DNA from: a virus
Lineage: Duplodnaviria; Caudoviricetes
Direction: 5' to 3' (one strand)
DNA length: 64,000 bases
Virus record (IMG/VR): IMGVR_UViG_3300031994_000023
Coordinates: 64,001 to 128,000 of that record
In this document: positions 48,269-60,508 of the stretch, piece by piece
Numbering within the stretch: position 1 is the first letter of the stretch
Layout: the number at the start of each line of letters is the position of its first letter
Made by a program: the position numbers and the translations under genes
Notes under the pieces: generated by a model
The model's input: only the letters and a program-made list of their open reading frames with translations
Told to the model about the DNA's origin: nothing
The model's database searches: none

Positions 48269-49834
48269 CACAACACACAACAACCAAAAACAACAAACCA
48301 CAACAAAACTAAGAAAAAACAACAAGACATATAGGGCAAACAACAAAAAAACAACAAAAAACAAACCACCCACAAACAAACCACAAAAAACAACAACCAA
48401 AACAAAGAAACCACAACAAAGTTTTCATTTAATCACACACAACTACAATTAAACAATAATAAAAAAAAAAGAATACACAAACCAAAAAAAAAAGAAACTT
48501 CAAAATAAAAACACCATCACAAACAATCCACACCACATTCCTTATAAAGTAACGTCAAATACTTAATATTCCAACGAGTGCTTTTATTCATAATATAAGG
48601 ACACAACTTAAAAAGAGAATTATCCTCAGAATACATTGGAACGGTAATCTCGGAAATACTTTCCAAATAATTATCACTAACATGTTGCTTGATTTTGTTT
48701 ATTTTCACAGTGAAATATAATGTTCTGTCATCATCACAATAAAATTGTTCTGGGAACGCACCAAACACATCCAGCACAGTTTTTCCAATATTCATAACAT
48801 AGGGATACATTAACTGATAAAATCCATCCTGTTGGTGTAAAATGTTTTTTCTAGAAGCATGAATCCAATAGTTATCATTTGTTGGTTGTTTCAGTATGTC
48901 CTTCCTGTTTTTATAAAATTGATATTTGTATTTCATTCTTTTGTCAACTCTTCATATTTTCTAAGGAATGCTTGATACTCTTCGTTTGTTTCTTCTTTGT
49001 TACTTTCTTTTGTTGAATTTTGTCCTATACCATACTTTGCTCTTCTTTTATTTTGATGAATTAACATCCTCTCATCATAATTTCTTACCATAATATCATT
49101 TCCTCCAGTAATTTATATTTCAATTCTTTTCTTGCAACTGGTCAAGTTTTTTTCTAAGCATAACATTCTCCTGAACTACAAAAGACAGTGATTCAAGAGT
49201 ATCATCATACTCATTCAGAGTTTTAATACATTTTGTCAATGAAAGATACTTGTCTGCAATCTGGTCATATACTTTACCACTCTTTAGTCTAAACCTTTCT
49301 CTCATTATAACATCATCCTCTAAATTCATATTTTCTTTATATTTGGTTTCCTTTTTCCAACCAGTATGCTTTATTAGTTCCTTTGAAATCATACTGTCGA
49401 ATTATTCTCTGTTTATAGTCCACACAACACGTTCGATTTTCTACAAATTCATGTAACGAGACACAGAGTTTTTTCATAACTTTACCATTATATACAGTTT
49501 TCCATCCATTATATATGCAAGAATCACATATCATATTAATCACCATTATATGACTCTTTGTTACATTATATGTACATTCCATTTAATCCCCTACTAACTT
49601 AACTAATCCATTTTCAATTATGATTTCGTGAATATCACAATATCCGTATCCGCCATCATACAAAATTCCGATTGGCAACTCATCATCAAAGTATTCCAAT
49701 GCTTTTTTTAAAGAGGCAACAGTGGCTCTGTAATCAGTCCTAAATCCAAATTGGGTTTTAAAATCTTTTTGTTCGACTTTAACTCTTTTTTCTTCCATCA
49801 TCTTTTTCACCGTCTTATTTGTTCATTGAAAAAT

Positions 49835-50163
49835 TGGGTGGGGGAGGATTTGCACCTCCTACAAAACAAGCCTCCTTTAGGTGTTCTATGTTCATATTGT
49901 TCTTGTTCATATCCTTTTTTTTAGGGGTAAAAATCAAGGTATTACTGGTGATGTCTTCTCCTGAGAGAGTTAATCTTTGGAACTCGCACTACTCATCACA
50001 CATTTAGTTATAGTCCTCATCCATAACATGTAATGTAATTAATGAAATGGAAATTATAATTGTGGGGTAGACGTAGACATGGAGAGGTTTTACATCACCA
50101 TTTTATTTTTATGTAATTAAAAAAGAATACCGAGAAACATATACATATTCTCATTACCCACCC
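49835..50163 (-). ncRNA. Candidate ~330-nt structured RNA with tRNA-like acceptor stem and T-arm
   Basis: 5' GGGTGGG pairs with 3' CCCACCC-A, preceded by GGAGG-TGCAAAT-CCTCC; internal TGGTGATGT/ACATCACCA helix; no minus-strand ORF of 60 aa or more. Confidence 0.5.
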
Positions 50164-52534
50164 GTATTAAATTATTTGAAAGGCATTTCTCCTTTTTTAG
50201 AGTACCCTATCACCTCAATTCTCCATATTTATTCCATAATGGTTTCATGAAGTATATCCATTCTTTTTTTCTATCATAACGTGGATGTACTTTGTAAAAC
50301 ATGCAAATTTTTTTGTTCACACATTCTATGAGTGTAAGACAAGCAACTGGTTTGTTTCCATCCTTAACTACATGAATACAGGTTTTACACAATTCGTCAT
50401 TCTCCATCATCTTCCACTTCCACATTAACTATCCATGTTCCATGGATTTTCATTTGTTTAAACACCAAATCACTGCATTCAAAATAATATTCATCACCAT
50501 TTGTACTGTGAAGATATAGGTGATGTTGTATTGTTGACTTGTATTTTACAAGGTGTTGTATGAAATTAACAGAATCCCTATGAAAAAGAATGTTTTCCCC
50601 ATAAACTGTTAAATTAACAGGTTTACCTTTTAAGGAATATTCATAGCCATGTGTGTTCTCTGGAGAGTTGTATTCATCACTAAGAGTACAATGTTTTTCA
50701 AAGAAAGTTTTCCAATCCATCATATTCCACCTATTCACCCTCATCATCTTCAATTCTTTTTAGCTCCATTGTAATTTGAACAGATTCGGATACATAATCG
50801 GTTACTACAGAAAAATTTTTTACATATTTCTCGAAGTATTCATATTTCTCGAAGCATAAGTATTTGCAGATTCTATTCTGGTCATAAATGGAATGACCTT
50901 CACAAGGAATTATTTTCAACCGATTACCGGATAATTCAATAATCCAACCATCTGAAAGATTCAACACTTCCCTTATCCGTGATTCGGCTTGTTTTTTCTG
51001 TAGCATGAATCTTCTCCTATCTTGTTGATAAATGTAGAAAATACTTTGCAAATTTCTTTCAACATCATTTTTCATTTCCGACATATCTCATATCTCCTTT
51101 TGCAAATAAATCACCATATTAGTCTTCGAAATATTCTGAGAACTCTTGTATCATTACATTTATTACTTTTTCAACATCATTACCCAGTGATTTGGAACGG
51201 TATACTGCATAACCTAACAGGTCAGCACTGATATGGTCGAGAGTAACTGTTAATTCCACCTTATCTTCCCATAAATCTACATCTGCCCATTCATCATCAT
51301 CTAAAATCTTTTTTAGTTTTTTGTATCCATCTTCAAATTTCATCATTTTAAGTTTCCTCGTTCTGTTTTTATATTCTTCAAGTAATTCACCTAATAAAGA
51401 AGTATCCTCACAGTTAAGTGTTGCTCTTTCATTCCACATCCTTTGAGGACAATCTTTGTTATAAGTCATCTACTGTCACGAACTCCTTTTCAAATTCATT
51501 TCTTGTCGGTGTCATAAACGCAACCAAATTCTTCGATTCCTCAAACAATCTTATTCTATTCCTAATGCTTTCATCTTCACTTCTTAGTTTAACATCACTA
51601 CCAAAATTGGTTATAATATAATACCCTTGCAGTGTGTGGTTTATCCAAGCAGTTATACCTTTGGATGTTATGATGATTTTTAAGTCATCATCTTTTTCAG
51701 TTGGTGTAATTTTCACTTTCATATTAATCAATTATAATTGTTATAAAATTAGCATAATCAGGTTCTAATTTAGTAAGTTCTGATAAATAATGCAATTCTT
51801 TTTCAAATAAACTATCCACATCATCTATACCTGTATGAATTTTGATTAGCAACTCTTTTGTACCTAATTCTGGGTCATTATAAACAGATAAACATGGTTT
51901 TACATTGTTAAAATATTCTTGAGTTAAACTACTAACCGTTTTTAAAATATTTTCAATAAACTCTTTCTCATATAAATTATCTTTTAAATATTTTTCAAGT
52001 TTTTGTTCACCACCATCACCACACCATCTCAAACCTACAATACCATCTGGAATTATCATTTTTCACTCCAACTCCTTTTTTAGCATTTTGATTAGGTTGG
52101 TCATTCCCATAACCAATCCGATGGCATCTATTGTTTCCTGTGTGAATGTTTCACCATCCTCCTTTATTATTTGTTTTGCGAGTAAGAGGTTTCTCCAAGC
52201 CTTCACACTAGTAACCAATTGTTCTGTGTCTTTGTCTACACTACTTCCCATCATTTCTTCAAACATTTTATTGATATTATGAGGCACTTGTGGTTCTCGT
52301 TTAGGTAACCATTCTGGTCTTCCCATGAATGGATTAATTATATCTTTCCATTCGCCATCAATCTCTACTTTTCCAAGTGTTTCATAATGTCCCCATGGTG
52401 GATAGAATGTTAATTCATCCCCAAACTCGAATGTTAATTCATCTCCAAACTCAGAGTTAAGTATTTTTTTTATGTTTTCTTGTATTTTATCTCTCATGTT
52501 TTTCAAATCTTTTTTATCCTTTTCTTCTGTCATT

Positions 52535-53134
52535 TTAATCTCCTTCCTTTTCTATACACAGTATGCTTCCTTCCCAGTCATAATGGTAATTGTAGATAAT
52601 GTAATTGTTCCATCTGAGGTAATCTGTTATTCTTTGTATCATCTTTTTATCCAGTTTGTAATGATTTTCGGAGTCATCATAAGTTATGAATAGTTTTTCC
52701 TTGAAGGAGTCATAATAGCAGACAATATTGTTTTCAGGAACATACAATATATGGCATTTCATGGGGTCTGTGCATAATTCCACTTCCTGAGAATAAAGGT
52801 ATGGTGGTTCTGGTGGTGTGTCCTTTTCATCAACAATTATTTCATAGCCACCATAATCTTTTGAGGTGATGTGAGTATACTCTATAATTCGGGTATTGGT
52901 GATAGGTTTCATTGTCTTGTTTCTCAGTATTTCCCAGTCATCTGCAACAATGTCCTCGTATTCAAGGTAGGATTTTGTAGGTATCGATGAATTATAATAT
53001 TTTCGCATAACCTCTTCATGTTCAAAGTAAACATAATGATTTACAAAAGACCATGCGGGTTCTGCATACTTCCTACGGTATGCTTTCATTCCTTTTTTAA
53101 GTTGTGGTAATATTTCCTCGAATTTCATCTTCAA
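52535..53134 (-). CDS. Protein with N-terminal DUF2829-like domain fused to a second domain
   Basis: MKFEEILPQLKKGMKAYRR...EDIVADDWEIL. Confidence 0.55.
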   Translation of the reverse strand: MKMKFEEILPQLKKGMKAYRRKYAEPAWSFVNHYVYFEHEEVMRKYYNSSIPTKSYLEYEDIVADDWEILRNKTMKPITNTRIIEYTHITSKDYGGYEIIVDEKDTPPEPPYLYSQEVELCTDPMKCHILYVPENNIVCYYDSFKEKLFITYDDSENHYKLDKKMIQRITDYLRWNNYIIYNYHYDWEGSILCIEKEGD

Positions 53135-56100
53135 TCACTATCCCATTTTTTTATGTTGGTATAAATACAGGCATTATCCGTGTTGGTTTCTCCTGTTCAT
53201 GTTCAAATTGTGTTAATCTGTATTTTCTGATAATTTGTTTCTTTTCAGTATAATTGCATTCGGTATAAGATTTGTTGTATTCTTCATAGCACATATCATC
53301 AAGGATGACATTATTTGAATATTTGTATCTTTCTGTTTCATCCTTTGAGGAATCATCAACAACAATAATTCCTGTAACTATGATGGCAATCAATACCAGT
53401 ATCATTACTACTGCATTGAGTTTTTGTTCAATCATCACTACCACACAACCTCAGACTTATCATTTTCTTCTGTCATTTTAATCTCCTTCTATTTGTTCCA
53501 TTCGTGTACCTCTCTTATCATCTTGAAGAATGCATGTTTATCCTCTATCCAACCAGTACGCATAGTAACTCCATAATCACCATACAATTCTACGAGGCAA
53601 CACCAAAAGTTTTCTCCAAAATAATCTCTTATAGGTACTTCTGCCCCATTTTCATTGGTTATGGGTCTGTTGTATGTGATGTAGGGTGTTCCATCTTCAT
53701 CAAGTTTTCGTAATTGTGGAATGTTTTTGAGTAATGTTTCTTCAAGACCCTGTTCAAAGATAATATTAGCAATCAATGTTTCACAATCATTCATTTTCTT
53801 GTTGCGTCCTCGTTTTCCATGATTGACGCCTGTTAAAATATTCTTTAAAATCTTCTTCAACTGTTGTATCTTTCCCACAATGTCTACAAGTCCATGTAGT
53901 TCTTCCCTCACTTAGTGTGAATGGAACCATGAACCTACGATACCCACATTGTGAGCATACGGGGAGGTCTTTGAATAATCCTCCTATTTCTTCATCTAAT
54001 TTCTTGTTTGTAGAATCTTTGAGTATATTTTCTGTGAAGTAATCATCTAATTCTTCTGATAGTAATACTACTGGAGAATTTTGTCTTTGTATATGTTCTT
54101 GTAGTATATGGTAATTTGCGAGTAGTAACTCGTTTGTTAGTTGCTGTTTTTTGTTTAGTTCTTCTAATTTTTTCAGTATTTTTTCTTCAGTATTAATCTC
54201 ATTAGTCATTTCCTTGTTGCCCCCTCCCAGTTATCTAGTCCCACTCTTCAACGAGTAATTCATGTTCTACTGCAATTAATATTTCTGCTCGGAACACATC
54301 ATACTTATCTTCAATCACAGCACGAATCTTCTTTGATACACATCGAAGTACAGAATCATCATGTTCTTTCAACGCTTGTTTATACAACCACACATTTACA
54401 AATGGAACACGATACTTCATACATAGCTTAAAATAAACATCCTCTGAGAATATATTCTTAGGGTCATAAGATACAAGAGGTACCACATATTTATTCGCAC
54501 ATGATTCATGAGGGTCTATGAGCATGAGAGTAAAGTATGCGTTTCCACCTATTAGTACAATGTCATTCATTCTTATGCCATTATAGTCTCCGGTTTTCAT
54601 GAATACGAGAACATTCAATATTATGTCATTTTTTGACAATCCACCCCAACAGCCAACCAATGTATCTTCGTGTAAAAGGTTGATTATCTTTTTTTCTTTG
54701 TCTGTGAGGTTATTGTATGTTTTGCTTTTTTTGTCTAATTGTTGATTGTTACATAATTTGTCTATCTCTGTTAGTACTTCTTCAGAGATTGTTCCTTTGA
54801 GTTCCATTTCTTGTTACCTCCTCTTTGTATTTACAAGATGGTTTTGGATTATCCTCATCAAAATGTACCCTTTGGTTTTTAAAACATTCAAAACATGGAA
54901 ATTCATCATCTAAGTTTTCATAATACTCATAATCAAGATATAAGTGTTTGCAGTCATGACATTCATGACAAATATCTTCTAACAAATCAGAGAAATAATT
55001 TTTATCTTCTTCAGATACAGTCATTTCATAGTTGCCCCCTATCAACTTTTCATAATACTCCTCTCTTTTCTAATTCATAAGACTCGTTTCTAAGCATTTC
55101 ACATATTTCCATTTTTTCTTTGAAGAGTTCTTCATCGGATAATTCAGTTTCTATTTCACCATTTATCTTTTTCTGATTCACTTCAAATAGTAATAGATTC
55201 GCTTCGTACAACAGAAATAGTTGGTCATCAGTCATGTCATAGTATGGATTTTCTATTTTGTACTTCATTCTTGTTATCTGGTCTTCAATGATTTCTTCAG
55301 CAGAAGTTATCTTCTCATGCCCCATTGTTGTCACCTTTATTATCTTTTTTAGCACCTATTTCAAGAACATAAGTTACTGTAATATCAGCATTGAACCATA
55401 TTGAGAAGGGTCTACCTACTGATTGAATGATTTCCAACTCAGAATCATGAATCACATACTCCCTATCTATAACTACATCTATACTTCCGGAGGTAATGGT
55501 TATCTTTTTAATATCACTTAACCCTTTTTTGAGAAAATATCCCATGAGTATATTCTTCAACTGGTTCTGAACAGGTTCAAGGTATTCTATCATCCTTGAT
55601 AAACGGAGCAAGTTATCCTCCACACTATCTGCATATCTTTCAGTATCCTTGTATTCATAAACTATTCTTTCATAGTTTTCAATGTCATCAGTTATCATTT
55701 TTTTATTTCACCATATGTTTATCTCTTCATCGAATGGGTTTCCAATACCAAACTCCAATGTTATTCTCAGAGAATCAATGTGTGTATTGTTAGAGTCATA
55801 GGTTATTCCACTATTCTTCAATGGACTTATAGAGTAGTTTTCCACTCCCAATGTTTCTGTTAATTCTTCAAGGTCTTCACAGTCAATCCAAGTGTTGTAC
55901 AATAAGTGTAACAATACTGTTGTATGTGATATTGGTATTACTGCAAACAGTTTTTCATTGAACTGAAGATACTGTATTTCATCATCTCCCATACCAAAAT
56001 CAGAGGTTAACCATTTATGATATTCATATAATTGTACATATTCTTTGTCATATGACTGGTTAGGATTGCCTTCTTTGAGCAGTTCATTTATTGTTTTCAG

Positions 56101-57450
56101 TTGTAACTCTTCCTTGAATGTTCCCACTATTTTAGTTTTCAGTTTTACCTTGTACCTTAAATGCTCTGGTTCTCTTTTACTTTCCTCATGTACTGTTTCA
56201 ATTTTTGGAGTGTTTTCTGAAATGAAGTAAAAGTCAAGGCATTCCTCCAGACTTAAACCTTCCTCAGTGTATAACAGTACCACAAATAATGTTAGCAAGG
56301 TTCTGTCTGCAAACGGTAACGTATTGATTAATTTTGTGTCCCATCCTGTCATCAAGGCTTGTATTATTTCATTGAATTTTTCATTGTTGTATTTTTGGTT
56401 GTGTTTGATGACATGTTCTATCTCTGTTTCCTCTTTCTCATCATTGGCTTCTGTCCATCTGTGAAACCATCTTAGAGTTATTAGTTCTTCATCTGTTATG
56501 TATCCTTCGACTTTGATGATGTCTTTTGTTTTTTGTATTGTTTTAGTCATTTATCCAACCTTCATGAATTATTTTCTTATATTATTGACAAACCACCTTA
56601 ACAATTTTCCATCTTCCGTGTTCTTGTGTATTTCTTCCGTTATTTCATCATAGATACAAAGTTCTTCTGCGAGGTAAGGTATGTACGGTAATTCAGCACC
56701 CTTGAGTTTTTTTCTGTGTTCTTTCCATTTTTCAACTATAGTCATCTTTTTTGGCATTATTCACTCAATCCCTCCGACATTGAAATTTGACATTCTTCCA
56801 GTATTGTATCAAGTATATCTTCATCAAAAAGGAAGTTACACTCATCTCCAGCACGACATCCTTTAGGGGATGATAATTCACATAATGCACATTCCCTATC
56901 ATCGTCAAGACCATATATGAGTTTGTTTTTGAGTTTGGTTATGTTTATCAATTTTATCTTATCCATCAATATTCACCCTCATAATCTTCCATTCTTTCCA
57001 GAACTTTCTTCGCAATATAATCCAATTCATAATCAGTCAAACATTGGGGATTGATATTGGATTTGCATTCTTGTATACAAAGACAAGCTTCTTCATAATC
57101 ATAATAGACACATGAAACAAAATAATTACTTATTCCACAGTAATGTGTTAATTCATTCATTAACCTTTGTGAAACACCCCTGTATACTGGAGGTTCATCC
57201 CTATAATCTGGCTCAATATACAGTTTTTTCATATCTTTGCTGTAATCCATGTACACTGTGAAAGGTTCATTTTCAAATCTTATGATGTGAATATATTTGT
57301 TGTGTTGATAATTCATGTGTTCTAACAAGGTACTATTGAGTCGCAGTTGTCCTTTTACAGAACCAAAACCATCATATTCCACATATTCTCCGATGTCTGT
57401 TTTTATTTCATCACGAATCCATCTTAGGATATTTTCCTTTTTATGCATTA

Positions 57451-57828
57451 TTAATCACCTACTTCCCTCATTTCAAAAACAATTTCCTCTTCAATTTTTC
57501 TTAAAAATTTTAAATATCTGGCTACTTGATTCATTTTAGAAATTGCAAATAAATCAATTTTTTCAATATCTGAGGGAATTTTCAACCTATCACGATTTGT
57601 AACAGTTTCATTATTTCCTGTATAATCATCAGATTTTCCGAATAAATATTCTGATGAGCAATTGTATAATAAACATAATTTATCAAGAGTGACTGAGTTC
57701 ATGTTTCTTCGTCCTTTTTCCATTTTTGAAAAAGTATTTGGGCTAATTCCTAAATAATCTGCAACTTGTTTTTGAGTATAATTGTTGTTTTCCCTCAGCT
57801 TTTTCAACCGTTCATAAGTAACTCCCAT
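57451..57828 (-). CDS. XRE-family HTH transcriptional regulator
   Basis: RLKKLRENNNYTQKQVADYLGISPNTFSKMEKG. Confidence 0.85.
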   Translation of the reverse strand: MGVTYERLKKLRENNNYTQKQVADYLGISPNTFSKMEKGRRNMNSVTLDKLCLLYNCSSEYLFGKSDDYTGNNETVTNRDRLKIPSDIEKIDLFAISKMNQVARYLKFLRKIEEEIVFEMREVGD

Positions 57829-60052
57829 AATACACTACCATCCGTTTTTAATCAATATTGAAAGTGATTTCCTCCTTTAATACACCCTCATTAACTTCAA
57901 TATATTTATGAATATATTTCCTGGTTTTTAGGAACTCTTCTGCTTCTTCTGGTATGTTATCATAGAACACACCATTTTCTTCATAGAGTCTTTTTTGTTC
58001 TTCATCGTTATACCTTATGAATTTGACTTCATTTCCAGACACATATACTTCTGAGGCATTGAAATGTGTTCGCAGTATGGATTCAAATATTTGTCTATCT
58101 ATTTTGAAAAAGTTCTCTGCTTCTTCTACCTTTTTAAGATAATCCTCCCTTGCCTGTTGATAATCATGCATGGCTTCTTCCAGAGGTATTAGTTCATTCA
58201 TGTTCATTCTTCTCCTTTCATGTTCTTCAGTTTCACAACAAATTTAACAGTACCATCATTAAAATCCACATCACAGTTAATGTTCCATCCTATTTCTTCA
58301 AGCAAAGCCCATAATCTGGATACATCTGAGAAAGTAGATTTATCCCAACCATAAATTTTCAGTATATTTTCTGATAAGTGAATAACCCAACTCTCTGAAA
58401 GTTCAAGTTGTTCCCGTAGTATTAATTCTGTTTTAAATTTTTTTGTGATGTACATTTTGAAAAACTTATCTGATAATTCAGGATTACACTCTGTTGTTCC
58501 ACACTCATCTACCACATACCACTTGTAATAGTGCTGGTGGAGAGATATTATGTTTTTCAAGGATTCAATTTTATCCATTTCCTCTTTTGGTTCAGTTTGT
58601 AAGGGGAATTGACATTGGTGGATATATTTTAGAATATCTTTTAGAAACTGAGGATAAATTTCAAATGATATGGTATCTTCAAATACCATTAGTATGTGTT
58701 TCACTCCCTCCCAGTCATTTGTATCCCATGATGCAAATAACATTTCAACATACTCCTCATTGATTGAGTATTTTGTGGCAATATTTTCTATAGATAATGA
58801 AGTTTTTCCATCATTGCCCTTTTTAATAAGGTTTTCATTTGTGGATATATCTTTCATTTTATCCCCACCTCATTTTCTTCAATCGTTTTGGGTTCAGATA
58901 TAATATCTTGCATTCGCTCCCATGAATAGCTATGTATTATACTTTCACGTTCTATTACAAAGGGATAGTCATTTAGCCTAAGGTCATATAATATTTCCAT
59001 AAAGTAAGGTAACATCTCAACCGGCATGTTAATCGTGTACTCTACCTTATTTTTTGTTATCAATTCAGCTCTAAAATCTACATACTCAAATAGTAATCTT
59101 TTAGATATGAGGGATTCTAATGTGTTTATAGTGTAGTTTCCATTGTATTTTTCATATTTGATAATTAATTTGGTTGTTATGTAACAGTATCTTGTTTTTT
59201 CATCCAATTCTCTTTTGTTTGCTCTGCCTTGTAAATAATGTATCAAATTATAATTAATCATTCCCATCACTTTTCTTCAATCAGTTTGGGTTCAGGTCTA
59301 ATATCTTCTTCCTTAACTTTTTCTGATTCGATTTCCTTGCGAATATCGAACCTTCTTTTAGTTTCCGATATGGAATAAGCTATTTTCAGTTCATACCCAT
59401 ATTCCCAAAATTCTCCCAATATTTCTTTTGCCATGTGAAACTGGAATCCAGTTATTCCATCTCCTACCATGTATGAACAATCATCTGCAATATATGTTAG
59501 TATTGGTATTATGGCTTCTCGGGGTTTGTTTGTGATATAGTTTTCCATCTTTTCAGACCACCTTTCTAAGAAATGGAATACTGCTCCACCATAATCTTCA
59601 GGGCCATCATAGTGGTTATTATATTTCCATTTGTTGTATTCTAATAATTTTATGGGTTTTATGTTTACCATTATCCCCTTCTCCTCTCTTCTCTTTCCAT
59701 AAACTCTGTATTCATATCTTTCATTCAACCACCACCCATTTTGTAATTGTTTGTTCTGGTATGGTTTTTTGTACTTTTCTAAGGACGTGGAACTCTGATT
59801 TATATTTGGTTTCCATTTTTTCAGGAATCCATTCATGTTGTATATCTACTCGGATTAAGTATTCATTTTCTTGAGTCATTTCCATAAGTAATTCCTTTTT
59901 GATATGTTTACTGGCATTTCTTACCTGATATAATCTTGAAGCACCAATGTACCATAATGATTGTTCTATCACTGCATCATCATAGATTCTTTTGAAATTG
60001 GTGTTGTGTTTGGATTGTGTGAGTGTATCTTGTTTGGGAGAGTATATCATCA

Positions 60053-60508
60053 TTATTTTTCTCCAGTTTCCTTTGTGTTTGGATAATGTGCCACCTCTTC
60101 CAATCTACATATACTGTCATTAGCGATGGTATGAATTAATTCCAAATCCTTATTTTCAAGATGTGGTTTTGTAATATCCATTATCATCACCAAATTATGA
60201 ATTAGGGTATTTATTTGTTCATTTTCTTTTGATTCGTCATATGGTTCATAGGCTTTTTCGAAGTAATCCTTTTTAACTGTGTAATAATCCAATTCTTCCT
60301 CTTTCACAACATAATCACCCTTAGTGCAAGAGGCAATTACCCTTTTATCTGTGGGAGAAGCCGTTATACATAATTCATCAACATAAGATATAACAGCTCT
60401 TTCACCAATCCATTCCTTAATCGATTCATCATTGTATTGAACGGCTTCTACAGGCACTATTTTTTTAATGTATTTTCTAACTTTTTCCAATGTCTTAACC
60501 TCCCACAC
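60053..60508 (-). CDS. Member of a widespread phage family (KK.V.VEAVQ...GDY....Y....D.F...YE)
   Basis: KYIKKIVPVEAVQY...KGDYVVK...YTVKKDYFEKAYEP. Confidence 0.55.
   Translation of the reverse strand: MWEVKTLEKVRKYIKKIVPVEAVQYNDESIKEWIGERAVISYVDELCITASPTDKRVIASCTKGDYVVKEEELDYYTVKKDYFEKAYEPYDESKENEQINTLIHNLVMIMDITKPHLENKDLELIHTIANDSICRLEEVAHYPNTKETGEK

Noticed and set aside
49835-50163. Canonical tmRNA
   Set aside because: No G3-U70 pair, no typical tmRNA 5' D-loop motif, no smpB, archaeal context; kept only as a tRNA-like ncRNA candidate.
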